From: Podarcis melisellensis
Taxonomy: Eukaryota
Assembly: GCA_964234715.1 (NCBI GenBank)
Contig: OZ174278.1
Direction: 5' to 3' (one strand)
DNA length: 64,000 bases
In this document: positions 12,933 to 25,422 of the stretch, in pieces
How positions within the stretch are numbered: the stretch's first letter is position 1
Layout of the letters: the number at the start of each line of letters is the position of its first letter
Notes under the pieces: generated by a model
Seen by the model: only the letters and a program-made list of their open reading frames with translations
What the model was told of the DNA's origin: nothing
The model's database searches: none
Translations under genes and position numbers: made by a program

Positions 12933-13831
12933 TAAACAGTTAAGAACAGTTAAGTCTAGGAAACACGAGTTTCTATTTTATTGTTTTGTCCAAGAAAGCG
13001 TGTCTGATAATCAGATTTGAAGATCAGGATTTTTAGTTTAATTCTTCATCCCTGTAACCCACATTCCATTCTAATTTCCCACAATGCATTGCTTTGGGAC
13101 ACTGGAAAATTTAAATGGCATTGCTCAGTAGCTCTTCTGTTATGTTCTAGAATTAGTGTGACAGTAAGAGCAACAATGAACAGTGTCCACAGGAGAAAAG
13201 CAAGCACTCAAGATAGAGGAATAAATTTAGAGATGCAAGAAATCCCACATTCCCTAGGCCTGCATGCCTCAAAATACACTTACTCAATGAGCTGTCTCAT
13301 TGAGATCAAAAAGATGGCTGCTCATCTTTATCTTTAAAAGCTGCTTCCTTATGTCTCTATGCCTCACTATGAGCTGTCGTGCTCAGGGTATGTCAGTGAC
13401 AGAAAGCAGACAACGGTTTTGGAGTTTTTCAACCTCTTCTCCTCAGCTCAGAACCAGCTTTGAAAGGAAGAGGGGAGGAAGGAGGTAACAGGTATGTACA
13501 GATGGCAATTTAAGGTAGATTTTATGCATCCTACGTGTGCATGCTTTCCGAATCGCCCACACAATGTCCTCATCTTAGTGGCAGCCTACACTCCCTCCGT
13601 TTAATTCAGTTTTTTCCTGATACATGGATAATGCAGTAATTGGCAGGGGGGACCTCCAACATAAAATGTAACGTTATCTGAATGTAGATGCAGTGAAGCA
13701 CCTTGTGTGGGTAGGTTTTTCTTTTAAGTGTGATGTTCTGCTGGATGCTGTTAATCACCCTCCCCTCCACTTGCTTGTTGCAGACCATAACCAACCATTC
13801 TGTTTGTAATAGCTGCAAGGAAAGAAGCATG

Positions 13832-13837
13832 TTTATT
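13832..13837 (-). terminator. Candidate polyadenylation signal AATAAA for HUNK
   Basis: tttatt on the + strand. On the - strand it is followed by CA dinucleotides and a GU-rich tract (aatggttggttatggtct). Confidence 0.45.
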
Positions 13838-13864
13838 TCCACTGCTTGTTGATGATGGGACATG

Positions 13865-13865
<1 letters not shown>

Positions 13866-13902
<37 letters not shown>
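13866..13902. repeat. (TG)18 microsatellite, (CA)n in HUNK sense
   Basis: Perfect dinucleotide array. Confidence 0.97.
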
Positions 13903-13906
<4 letters not shown>

Positions 13907-16900
13907 CAGCCCTTTTGTGCAGAACTGCTTTTCCATTGTACTGAATAGGGACAGATTTTTTAAAATTATTTTTTAATTGAAAAAAATGGGTGTTTCTTTC
14001 TGAACCATAAAGCAAAACTGAAAGGTGCTAAGACAATCCATCAATAACTGTGACAAAAGATCTGCAGCTCAAGACTTGAGCTTCGGGAATGGCCACCAGC
14101 GATTTTCCTACTGATCCAGCATTTAGAATGTTCCTCCCTGTTCTAGGGAATTAATTAATTATCACAAGCAGGTTTTAGTTCACCTCCTACTTAGGGCCTT
14201 AGGGTCCAATTAATTATCTGCCTGGCTATTTGAATGGCAACGGTGGAAGGGTGGCTATACAAGCTGCTTGTGTGAATTGTCTTGCCAAATGGCACAGTCA
14301 TTTTAACAAACTCAAATCCCCTCCATCCCTCCAACTGGGAACAGCATAAGCTAAACTGAACCACAGAGACGCTTCTTTACACAGATGACTTGCCATAAGG
14401 ATTTGCCTTGATGTGATTGCAGTGCCACGTGGCCACACACACTGCAGAGTGCCACCGCAAACTGGGCCTACGGTGCCTTTCATATAGAGCAGAAGGGAGG
14501 ACTGGAGACACCTGTGATGACAGAACATTGGGCAAGAGTTTGGGTGAAGGAGCAGTTCTTTATGTGGAACTGCTAACTATTATAATAGTGATTTTGCTTC
14601 AGGCTTGGTTGTGGACTGAAGACGATGGGCTGTGTTACTGCATCTTGGGAAATGTGTCGTGCAAATTGCAGTAATCACAAAATGGATTGTTAATTTGTAC
14701 AGAACAGTACGGTTCACACAAATGGCACCAGCCAAATTGAGTGCAGTTGTACTATGAATCCTAACCATATCCCCACTCAAAGTGCATTTGCATGTGGGCT
14801 GTTAGCAAGTGTGAATCAGTCCTTAGGAAGCAGCTTGTAGGATACATTGCATACGCAGTTATACTTACTAGCGTAATACTCATATTTCAGAATAAAAACA
14901 GATTCAGCAACAATGTTATTTCATTCTGCTATTACATGTATTTACCATTTGTTCACAAAAATACAGCTCTCTCTTGCTTCCCCCAACGTTTCATTGGGTT
15001 CCAAATAAACCTGAGTTGATAGTTCAAGTTAGTATTTGCAGGACATTCAGGTACAGAAGTCTGAAGCATGCACAGAACGGTATGCTGATTATTAGTGCCT
15101 TAATATTGTGTTCTATGGGGAAATGCCACCAATTATATTTTATAACTTCACAAACATCAGTGGTGTATGGGTCCTTATCAGAATATTTGGGGTTATTTTG
15201 AAGACACTACTTGAAATACTGAGAGGTTTTTCAGAAAGCATAGTTGAAGCACACACAAAACATGCCACAATCCCATTTCAACAAGGTATTTTTTGTTTAC
15301 ATTAAGCAGTGTTGTAAACTTGATTAAACTTACAATGCAGCTTGCTTTGTCTACGAGGGGTTATGTGGATAAAAATGTAAATGAAACCATCCAGTGGCAG
15401 GGATAGTAGAGGTTCATAATGTAGTAGTTTCTGGAACACCATGACCTTTCAAAATTCATCTCTGAAGTCTGAAAAACCCTTAATAGTGTGAAGTCAAGTT
15501 CAAAAGGGCTAGAACAATCTCAGGCAGCTGAAATTGGGTGGTGTTGGCTAAGAATATGGGCATTTCTCCCCGTTTTTTCCCCCTAGACCAGCTGCACATG
15601 AACATGCCCGCACATGGTATGTGCTTACAATTTTTTTCTGGCACACAGTAGGATGCTGTTCTTTCATGGTGAGGAATCTGAAACATTTTCAGCCATTCAG
15701 GCCTATGCCAATACGGATGTTCATTTGACACAAGCACACTGCACATTGTTTCAGCCTGGCCTGCTCCCATACTTCTCCTTGGGCCTAGTTTTCACAAAGA
15801 GCAATGTATTAAAACTTGCACAACTTCAGGCTATGCATGAGCTTAAAAGCAGGCACAGTCTTCTCTTGTTTGTGCTAAACGATGGTTTTGCTTAGCATTA
15901 CATGTGAATCGTTCAGTTTGTACAGTTGGATATAACATGGCACTTGTGAAAATTCAGTGATCTGGACTTTAAACTGCAAGGTAGTCAGTGGCACTGTTAC
16001 TGGATTAAGGTACCACTACCTTTGAAGCAGAAACAACTGTTCTCATGCATATACCTATTCCTAAGATGGTGTTACAACCAATGGGTGCTTCTACTTTGGA
16101 TGTACTCATGCACAAGCAGGTGGATCCAATTTCAAGATGGCTGCAGCCAAAGAACTGCTAGTGCTCCTGACATCCTGTCCACTGCTGTTCTTCAATCCTA
16201 ACCTTTTAAGAAATATTTGGTGCTGAGCTGAGATTTTATGTGTATCAACAGAATCTCAGCGGGAAAAACCTGATTATCTGATCTTGGGGTTTCTTAAAGA
16301 AGGCATCAAAACGACTCAGAAACATACCTTTAAAAACAATCTCTCAATAATTCCCCCCACCCAAAGCACTTATTCTGATTTGTCTTTTATAAAGGCATTA
16401 ACATCTAGATACTGTGTATGCTAAAGAAGAGGGGAAGCACACAAACCATTAGTGACAATCTGCCACCGTGCTAGTCTAATGTTAACAACTATCAGCAATC
16501 CTGTATACATAACATGTGCTAGCAGGGAACAGGTAAACCATAGAATAGTCTTTGGTTAAAACCCTGTAAATTAATAGCAAATTATTTGCACAAACCCCTA
16601 TTTTCTTATTCAGACATTTTCTTTACTGTGAAATAAAAAGAGCTGCAGAGTACAGAACATGTTTGCCTTTTACGAAAGTTAATCACAGTTCGTAGCACTA
16701 CTAAATTTTTGATGACAACTGCATTACCATTCCTGCCATTTGCAAATGGCACTGGAGCTAGCAGATGTGTCCTTTGATAACTCTTCTGAATGCAGTGCAG
16801 AGTTTCTCAGCAACACTTTCAAGTATGTCCAATGCTGTTTTGCTAAAACTGAAAGTATACAATTTTTCTAAAGGCAGTTTCACAGAAATGGCATAGCTAT

Positions 16901-17678
16901 ACAGATGACCAGGTGTTTGTTTTTTTAAAGCACAGCATTTAGAAATATGGGCTATTGTCTCATGATGAGGAGGAAAATGTGAACAAAGATTTCCTTACAG
17001 TCAAACTAGTTCTGAGATGATCATGTCTTTTTATAGTAGCATCTCTTAACAAATGAACATGTCCTTTAGGAAAAATATAGAATGATTTTACGTGTTTTGG
17101 AATTATTAGACAGTAAAAACTGCTTCAGTTATTAGCATCTTGCTCTGGTTTTTGTGCTTTTATGCCAAGTCCCTTCAGGTCTGTTTCTTCTTCATCTGTA
17201 CATGACTGAAAAGAGCACATTTGCTTCAGAAATATGAAAAAACTTAAGTTTTCCTGTTTTTGAGTAATACGAATGGTGCTTATGCCTGTGAAACAGAGAA
17301 CTATTGCCTGACAAGTACATCAACCACAGCTTTACAAACCAGAGGGCAATTCAACAAATTCTTCTTTCACTGTCCAAGCAAGTTGCTAGGTCCAGTGGTC
17401 TGTTGTTGACATAAACTTATGTGCAATATTGGAACACAGCCAAAAAGTATCTGCTTGGGAAGATTACACAGATCTTCAAAAGTCAGTAAGTCTTTACATC
17501 ACTTGAAATATTTGTCCTTTCCCACCAATCACACTAGTCTAGGCCACTGAAATATGTGGCCTTGTGATTTCCTTATTGAATGTGGTAACAAAATACACAG
17601 AAAAAAACATTTCACTACTTCTATGAGAAAGTCCCAGAAAACGGCACTACACAAATTTAGATTTTCAGAAAAGTCACC

Positions 17679-18346
17679 TCAGCACTGGCCATTTATAGGG
17701 TCCATTATATTGAATGAAATTTGTGTTGGGCTCATTTGCTGCAGCTGAGGCATTCTCGCTTCCAGCGTCTTCTCTGTTGGTGACCCTACTGACTGATTCC
17801 TTTTCCGCATCATCTGTCCAATACCCATCATGGGGAATCGACCTCTGCTTTTCACACAGTTAGGGCTCCCCAGAGGATTAGAGGCATTATTTAGCTGGGT
17901 TGGAGAGACAGCTTCCTCTCTAAAAGAACTGCTCTTTTCGTCATATGTGAAGGACAGTTGAGTAGGATGAACTGGACTTTTAGTAGGACTGGGAGAAGTT
18001 CCCCCTGGCTGGAAGAGCGGAGACAATGTCCTTTCACTGGAACTTCTCCGACCAAAATTGACTGGAGAGCTTAGCATTCGATACTGATGCGTGGGAGAAA
18101 TTTGGTCTATTTGGTCCTCTCTGTCGCCGGTTTCAAAAGAATGCACAATGTTCAGAATTAAAGGAGAATCCAAATTCTGGCTGCCAGGGCTTGAGGGCTC
18201 TTGCTGAGGCGAATCTTGCCGCTTGGTGAGCCTTGGGGTCCTTGGAACAGGTTGCTGGATTTCAAGGTATTCCAGAGAATAGGAGGTGACACAGCCTGTC
18301 TTGGCAGTAGCTGATTCATGGAAGGGGCTCAAGCCACTAGGAGAAT
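17679..18346 (-). CDS. HUNK: HUNK last coding exon (exon 11 equivalent), Ser/Pro-rich C-terminal tail
   Basis: ttgttttgtag|AT TCT...; contains PRTPR, RRSSSERTLSP and PLGSPNCVKSRGRFPMMGIGQMMRKR, ending DPINGQC-TGA. Joined exons give 1839 nt in one open frame. Confidence 0.96.
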
Positions 18347-19712
18347 CTACAAAACAATTTTTTAGAAGAGTCAAGAAAATCCTTTCATGGATCCCCCCTC
18401 CCTGAGACAAGGCCAGCTATAAGTCATCAAGTGAGAAACCGCCTGAGTGAAATTCAAATCCTAAACATAAACATACCCCCAGAACAATACAGTAAATACA
18501 AGTTTAATCCAAAATGTGTTTTCCCTTAAGGTGTGTTATCCTGCTTATTCCTTCTCTACTTTGTCTTACACTTTGCCTGCCTGCCCCATCAGAAAGCTAA
18601 CCTTTCTATTATTCTCATTTCTCTGTTCTGTCAAGGCTGTCAACCCCCTTCTCTCTCTCTCCCCCTCGGGAATCTGTGGTCATGTCCCTTCCCAAGCTAA
18701 TCAAACATAAATCATCATCCGGGACAGAAAGAAAGATAACTGTGCACTAAGAAGTTTGAATAGAGGAAGGAATCTTATCTGAAAAGCCAGTGATGATTCA
18801 AACATACTGGAAGTCAGGAAACAGAACATTTCAGAGCATGCAATTATCCCCAAACACATTTGTCTTTCTGGGATGCATCTTGATGTTGAGTGCTGTAAGT
18901 CAACTGCTATTTCACAACTTATGCAGCAGTGAATGCGTATTTAAAACTGCCCATGCATGATGTGGCTAAATGTGACTCATTGATATGTATATCTGTGCAA
19001 TACACCTAGTTACAAATACATGCTTTCTGAGTTTATAATGTACAGTTTTATATTTACATGTAAACAATATTAAGTGTACATGCAAAAAATGTAAAATATG
19101 GAATGGACTTCTGCTAAAACCATGCTCTTAACAGCTATTCTTTGTTATCTTTGTGAATGGCCTACAGCGCTAAAATGAATTATAAAATCAAATGGCAGAA
19201 AAAGAATATGAGTGTGGAGCAAGGCCAAACTTAAATGCTATCCCATGCCTCCTGTGGAACAGTTTACATGACAGGTCTCCTGTCATGGCTTCCCCATGGA
19301 ATTCTAGCCTGGTAAGAGTCCTGAGAAAATATCATCACCCTTATTAGATTACAATTCCAGGAATTCAAATATTCTATACCCCCATCTCCCTGCCACAATT
19401 AGGATTCCCTAGGGAGAGATAGTATGTGTTAAACAATTTGATGGCTGTTATCCTATGGATCCTTATTGGGGAGTAATCCCACTGAACACAGTGGGACAAA
19501 AACCCGAGTAAAGATGAATTGAGTCACACTAAAATGCTGCAAGCCTATATGCACTGACCTGGGAGTAATTCCTGAACACAGCAGGGCCAGCTTCTGAGCA
19601 GATATGTACAGGATGGCAGTGAAAGTCTGTGATATGCCCTAATTTTCGCTGATCTGCAACTTACAAAGCAAGTCTAGATCACATCAAGAGCTGGAAAGAT
19701 GGCTCCACTTAC

Positions 19713-19890
19713 CTTTGTCTGGTGCACCACCCTGGGTAGCTTTGTGATCATTCAGCAGAGCTTTTGTAGTCTGTATCTGTGTCAGAAGGCAGGTAGGAGG
19801 TTCTTTGTAGGTGGGGGAATTTTTCTCAGACTTCTTCAGAAGCGGGTGAAGAGGCTCTTCCTTCGTTTCTTGTTCCTTGGCCTTTTTGTC
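19713..19890 (-). CDS. HUNK: HUNK coding exon (exon 10 equivalent)
   Basis: 178 nt; ttttaaatttgaag|GAC...GACAAAG|gtaagt; DKKAKEQETKEEPLHPLLKKSEKNSPTYKEPPTCLLTQIQTTKALLNDHKATQGGAPDK, matching the HUNK DKK.KEQE and TQIQ.TKALL motifs. Confidence 0.9.
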
Positions 19891-20673
19891 CTTCAAATTT
19901 AAAAGCACATAAACAAAAACGGTTTGGTTTGTTGGAATCTACTTTAGAAAGCTTCAAAAACAGGTGAAGTAAAAACACTGCTTCTTAACAAGTTTGAAAA
20001 GGCAGCATTAAGTGAATGGAAGCAAGTTCATCAGGCTGGAAAAGGCGCCCCAGCCCTGTTTTGGGCTTAGCAACCTTGTGTCCCCTTTGGATCCCTCTCC
20101 TTCCTGCCAGTAGCGCAGTTCCAGTAATTTGCCCCCAAGTGACTTTCTTATATCTTCTTTCTCCCAAAACGCAATTCATGTGTCTGTACATGGAGGTTTC
20201 ATATCATACCAGTAATAGAACTAGGATGGGAAAGTAGGAGCAGCTTTGGTTGGGTAGAGCAGAAGGAAAACATCCTGGGAGGTTGGTGGGATTTACAGCA
20301 CCTCAGGTCTTGGGCTGTACCACCCACCACCGACAGGGATGATCACAAATGGATGGTGCATCAAGCTAATCATCGTAAATAATTGGCCAAGAAGTGAAAA
20401 CTATGTGACCCCCCCAACTGCTACTGAAAATTGAAGGATTCCAGAACGCCAAGGTTACAATCTGACACCCAGATTTATAGAAGAGGATACCCAGGTTTCG
20501 TATGCTCCAAGATGAAAATAAGGAGCATCCATCAACAGCCTTGAAATCTAGCACTTGGTAGCGATTGGCATGTTATCAGCTTAGGTGTTTAGCTCTGATT
20601 GCACAGGGAAGGATGCTAACTGAAGTTTAGCAAGCTGTCGGACTAGAAGCTATGACAGCATTACAAAGAATTA

Positions 20674-20842
20674 CCGTATTTTTTGCACCATAACACTCAC
20701 TTTTTTCCTCCTAGAAAGTAAGGGGAAATGTCTGTGCGTGTTATGGAGGAAATGCCTACGGGTGGCATGCCTACGGATTTTCCTTCTCTAAAAACTACAT
20801 GCGTGTTATGGTCGGGTGCGTGTTATAGAGCGAAAAATACGG
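20674..20842. mobile_element. Tc1/mariner (pogo/Tigger-like) MITE
   Basis: TA|CCGTATTTTT...AAAAATACGG|TA terminal inverted repeats with TA duplication. Confidence 0.85.
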
Positions 20843-21904
20843 TACCTAGGATTAATAGCAGTTGGTATAATATTTTATGTAGCACTTTCAATGTAAAGCA
20901 TGCTTTATAATTTTTATCCAATCCATCCTCACGACAAGTATTGGATATTGGTCACTATGATTCCCATCACTCAGATGGTGACACAGAGATGTCTCACCAA
21001 AACCACTTGCACTTTGGATTCTGGTATCTAGTGGACAGAAGAACCTTCTTTTGCATTTGTTTTTCCCATTATTAAAATGATGCGGAAGAATTTTCTGCAA
21101 AGTGCAGGAGGACCCTAGGAGCTGTCTGGCTGCATCTCCATAGTAACGCTCTGATGCGCTTTCATGTATCTCTTACGTTCAGAAAAGCTCTTTGCAAGTG
21201 GATGTCCGTAGCTGCAAGCTCGGCTGAAAAGGATGTTTTGTCTGGCTGTAGTAGATGAAGAACACTGAGATGTGTGTCTCGTTCACATGTCTGTATCAAA
21301 TGAAATTACCGAGGGGCCCTTAAGACATGCTACCAACAACTGCTGGATTCAATTACATACATGTGCTGATGATAAAGTTTTGCAATAAGCCAGAACATGA
21401 GACACAATGGAAATTGATTCCCCCCCCCCGGCATAATTATTAAATCTTTATATGATCAGATATGTTAGGAGTCACACACTTTCTATTAGTTTTTGATTCT
21501 ATCCATTTGGGCTGGGTGTATGTGCATGGGCACACATATTTCTGTATGTGTATGTATCTCTGTATGTATCTGTTGTGTCTATATATGTCTACATACAAAA
21601 ACACACACATACACGCCAGCAAATGATTTTGAAAAAATGTGAAGCAAAAATATTTACTGGCCCAATTAATTTAATAAAAACACAACATCACAATTAATAC
21701 CATGGCTTTAACAGCAATCTTCGAAAAGTATTCTTTTCTTTCTTTTTTTTTTTTGCAAGTATTGCAAGTTAAATTACAGCTGTGAATGTTCACATCAGTC
21801 GAGTTACAGAAGAAGCAGGATGAGCTCTGCTCTCCTTCAAGAACAGAGAAGGAAGAAAGTGGCTGCATTTCTGGACGGTTGCCAGAGAGGAGCTATGTCC
21901 TAAC

Positions 21905-21940
21905 CTGGTTGCTAAACAACACTGAATTGGAGGTTGACTT
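21905..21940 (-). CDS. HUNK: Candidate 36-nt in-frame HUNK microexon (KSTSNSVLFSNQ)
   Basis: ttctgctttag|AAG...AACCAG|gttagg; phase 0/0, no stop, sits where the small mammalian exon 9 is expected. There is no clear peptide similarity and it is not needed to keep frame. Confidence 0.3.
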
Positions 21941-22841
21941 CTAAAGCAGAATATCTATTTTGTTTTTCAATGAGCTATGACGGTTCATTGTTTTAAGGTC
22001 TTTTTATTGTATTACTTCTATGAAACAATAGAGGGGCAATTCCCAAACAAAGCAAAAATGAAAGGGGAGCTAATAATTACATTCATGAATTAAAATTTTC
22101 TGGTGCCCTGCTATATTGTCCAAATATTTAGTATTCAAAATAGCCTGTTGCCTGATATAGATTCCATCCCCTGGGATGTGTGCACCACCAACTCTGTGTA
22201 TCCTTACATCAGCTTTGCACCTCTGTACAATTGCCCTGTATGATCAGCACACTCTCTCGGAGCCGGAGCCAAAGAGCTGGATCATGGCTCTTGTGATAAA
22301 TACATGGCATCAAATACAATGGTTCCACTTAGGTAAGTAGGGGGCAATTAGGGAACATGGCATTACAGCAAACGTTGGGCAAAGTGTTCTCTGCCATTGA
22401 ATTATTCCTTAAACAGAATCTGTTTTGGGAAATGCTGAAACCGCTCTAAATGAAAATAACAAGCTGTGGTGCAGCATTAGCAATAGCTTAACAGTTGCTA
22501 CTTTAAAAAAGAAAAGAAAAGATATCAACAGCATCTATTGTCGATTGTATTGACTTTGTTTCTAAAAATGGGGATAGTATTATTTCCCTTTATTTATTTA
22601 TTGAATTTATATCCCACTCCTCCCTGAGGATATATTCAGCATTTGCCAAACTGGATTACCCCATGTTGCCTTGGCATGTTTTGCAGTGAGTCATATGGTA
22701 AGTTTCTCTTGCACAGCCATCCTTCAAGAGACCTCTGGGCATGACTTTTTGTTTGTACTCTTTGTTGAACCAAAGTTGAAATAACAGTCAAGGGAAATGC
22801 CCAAGTATTGCCTGGTTCCAAATAATTGTAACCTGGTTTAC

Positions 22842-22922
22842 CTCGTAGGTGTCCTTGTTTGACTTGTATTTTTCTATCCGACACCAATGGTTCATGTACA
22901 CATTATCGGGAGCTTCTGTCTT
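22842..22922 (-). CDS. HUNK: HUNK coding exon (exon 8 equivalent)
   Basis: 81 nt, phase 0/0; tccttccag|AAG...TACGAG|gtaaac; KTEAPDNVYMNHWCRIEKYKSNKDTYE, resembling human KSDIQD...IEKYRAPKESYE as recalled. Confidence 0.88.
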
Positions 22923-24776
22923 CTGGAAGGATAAATAATAATTGTAAGGTATTTGTGGGGAGAATTAGAGCACAGATTAGTTCAAATACTTGTTTAAAAG
23001 AATTGCAATCACTACTTCCACTCTAAATATTGGGGTGGCCAGACTGGAATCTACTGGTGGGTAGGTAGGTGATTTACATAGTTTGGCAAGTTCTGGGTTA
23101 AGAGCATCAACATCTAAAAGGCTTCCTCCCTATTCTAAATTAGGCTGCTGAAATAAAGAATGACTCATAAAAAGCCAAGAGTGGAGTTTTGACCTGGGCT
23201 GAGCATGTGGTTAGTACTACTTTGCCTTCTGAAAATATGTCCTTTCCCAGAGTCACTATTTTGCACCTGGTTCCCCCTCCTCAGGACATTAGTGGGGGGA
23301 AATCCAGTGGATCCCACAAGCCTGAAGTCTGCCCTCCTCAGTTATTATTTGACAGTACTGTATAGTCTAACAAAATTACAATCTTGTAATTGTCTAGAAA
23401 CAGGTTAAGTCCAAATAAGCATGGTAGGTAAACGGGTATAGGGCTGTAGCCTCAATCTCACAATTATTTTACTTCAGAAATTGCTGTAAATAAATAGTCA
23501 GCTATACATCTTCTTAACATGCTTCCCTCCCAAATATAATCATAACCAGGGATGCATTTAACAATTCTTGTTACTCACAAAAATAATCACCTTCAGGTAA
23601 AACGGAAACCAATCAGATGTTGGTAAACAAGCACTAACCATGGGAATTAAATTATTTAAAAAATGCAACCAGTTTCCTTGATGCTTGAACTGGAAAGCCT
23701 CTAGGGCGTCCAAATTCTCTTTTAAACAAGAAAGACCTAAAAGGCAGAGGGCTTACAAGCAACTTCCTCATTAATTGCACCTCTACCTACTTTAACAGAA
23801 AAAGAGTCAACCATCATGTAGCTCAAAAGGACAGGCTAACAATTCCTTCCTGATAATCTTTTATATAGCTCTGAGGTAGCACTGCTGGGAGTTTGGACTT
23901 TTCAAAGAAGACAGAGATAACAGAGCAAAGTGCTCTTCATTATTGATGGAACCTTCCTCGTATGGAAGAGGATAAAGACTGGGCCCTCTCAAAGTGTGTC
24001 GCAGGTGACAGCTACAATCCATTTCTTTAATCTAGGAGTTTCAGATAGAGGTGACAGTAACTGAGTTATTGTGCTGGTGTTCACTGTCTGATAGAAATCT
24101 ATCATGGTCACAGAAGGCTGGCGAGTGATTTTCTACAGGCTCACAAAGCAACCTGGTATCACAGCGAGTTATTAAGATGATAGCTATTTCATTTTGAGCA
24201 ATGTAACCAGCTTCTGGTACACCAAATTGCTTTTATGAACTAGTTCTGATACTTTGGGTGTGATAGCGATGCAGAAGAAAAAAAGATTATTTAAACTGAG
24301 ATGTTCTGAGGAGAAAATGTAAAAAGGAATGAATCTAGCAAAAATAAAATCAATACCCTCCCCCATGCAACTCTTGCCTATAAGATGACAACATGTGAAG
24401 AGCAATTCTAACAAAGAGCCCAGGTAGCACAGGGCAATGGACTCAACAATACATCTGCAGCCCTGCTGGAAGGGTGGAGTGTAGGGTTGTTGTTGTTTAT
24501 TATTGTTGTACCAGCACCATGTTGGCGCAGCTGAGGGGCTTGAGGATGGGGACCACTTGTGGATCCTTAAGGCTTTGGATCTAGTTTCGGAGTTTTCTAC
24601 CTGGCTAGTAGCTGCCTTCTCAGTTAGCAGAGGCCAGAGGAGACACAAGGACTCACCATTCTAACTACACACACCCCAACAACATTTGGGCTTAGCATTC
24701 TGGCCTCAGTACGTTAAACGGCTATACTGTATCAGTTAAAAATCTGACCAAAAAGTTGCTTCCAAATAATTGTCTT

Positions 24777-24801
24777 ACACACACACACACACACACACAC
24801 A
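24777..24801. repeat. (AC)n microsatellite
   Basis: About 12 AC units. Confidence 0.9.
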
Positions 24802-25422
24802 ATTTGTTAGTACAGGTATGACAAAACCTGTGAACGGCAGGTACAATTTTGAAAAGGTACTCTTCCCCTCCCCTTTTGCACTTAAATTCAAACTTATATC
24901 AGTTTTTTAAACTGATTGATCAACTAATACTCTTATGATGAATTAAGGTTTTTGTTTCCAACATAAGGGACGGCCCCAAAATGACAGTTATTGCTACCTC
25001 TAAGAGTAAACTCAGGTGCTGAGTGCCAAAATGATGTGGCCACCAAGAAACAAGAGGGCGGTATCAGAAGGCTCCGTGAAACCCTGACATTTGCAGAAAT
25101 ACAAATTACAACTGTTTAAAAAATCTTCTCTCTTTTAACCACCCCCACTGCCCTTTATAGCTTATAATCTCTTGGAGGACATGGCTACCTGGTTGACAGC
25201 AGGGGCATCATTGCCACTTACCTGGATGTTGCAGGAGCAGCAAGTGAAGTCAAGGCAGTGTGGCAAACTGGCAAGAGTGCCGGGACTGGCTTTGTCAGTG
25301 AGCCTGTGCTGACTGACCTTGCTGCTGCTCTGCCCTGGTAAATGGCAATGCTACTGCCGCTGCTGCCAAGACACTGGCTCTGCCTCCTCACCTCGTACAC
25401 TGGAGACCCCACTTGTAACTAA

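Larger units (their letters stand above)
13810..17678 (-). other. HUNK: Predicted ~3.9 kb HUNK 3' UTR
   Basis: No recognisable TE between the stop codon and the first minus-strand AATAAA I could find by eye. The endpoint is inferred. Confidence 0.5.

Noticed and set aside
18347-18410. N-terminal part (MSQGGG...) of the 243-aa ORF as a standalone gene start
   Set aside because: It is intronic read-through upstream of a good acceptor at 18346/18347; HUNK similarity begins at the exon.
22208-22235. Another AG/GT-bounded candidate exon between exons 8 and 10
   Set aside because: It is 28 nt, has a poor pyrimidine tract and contains an in-frame TGA; likely chance.
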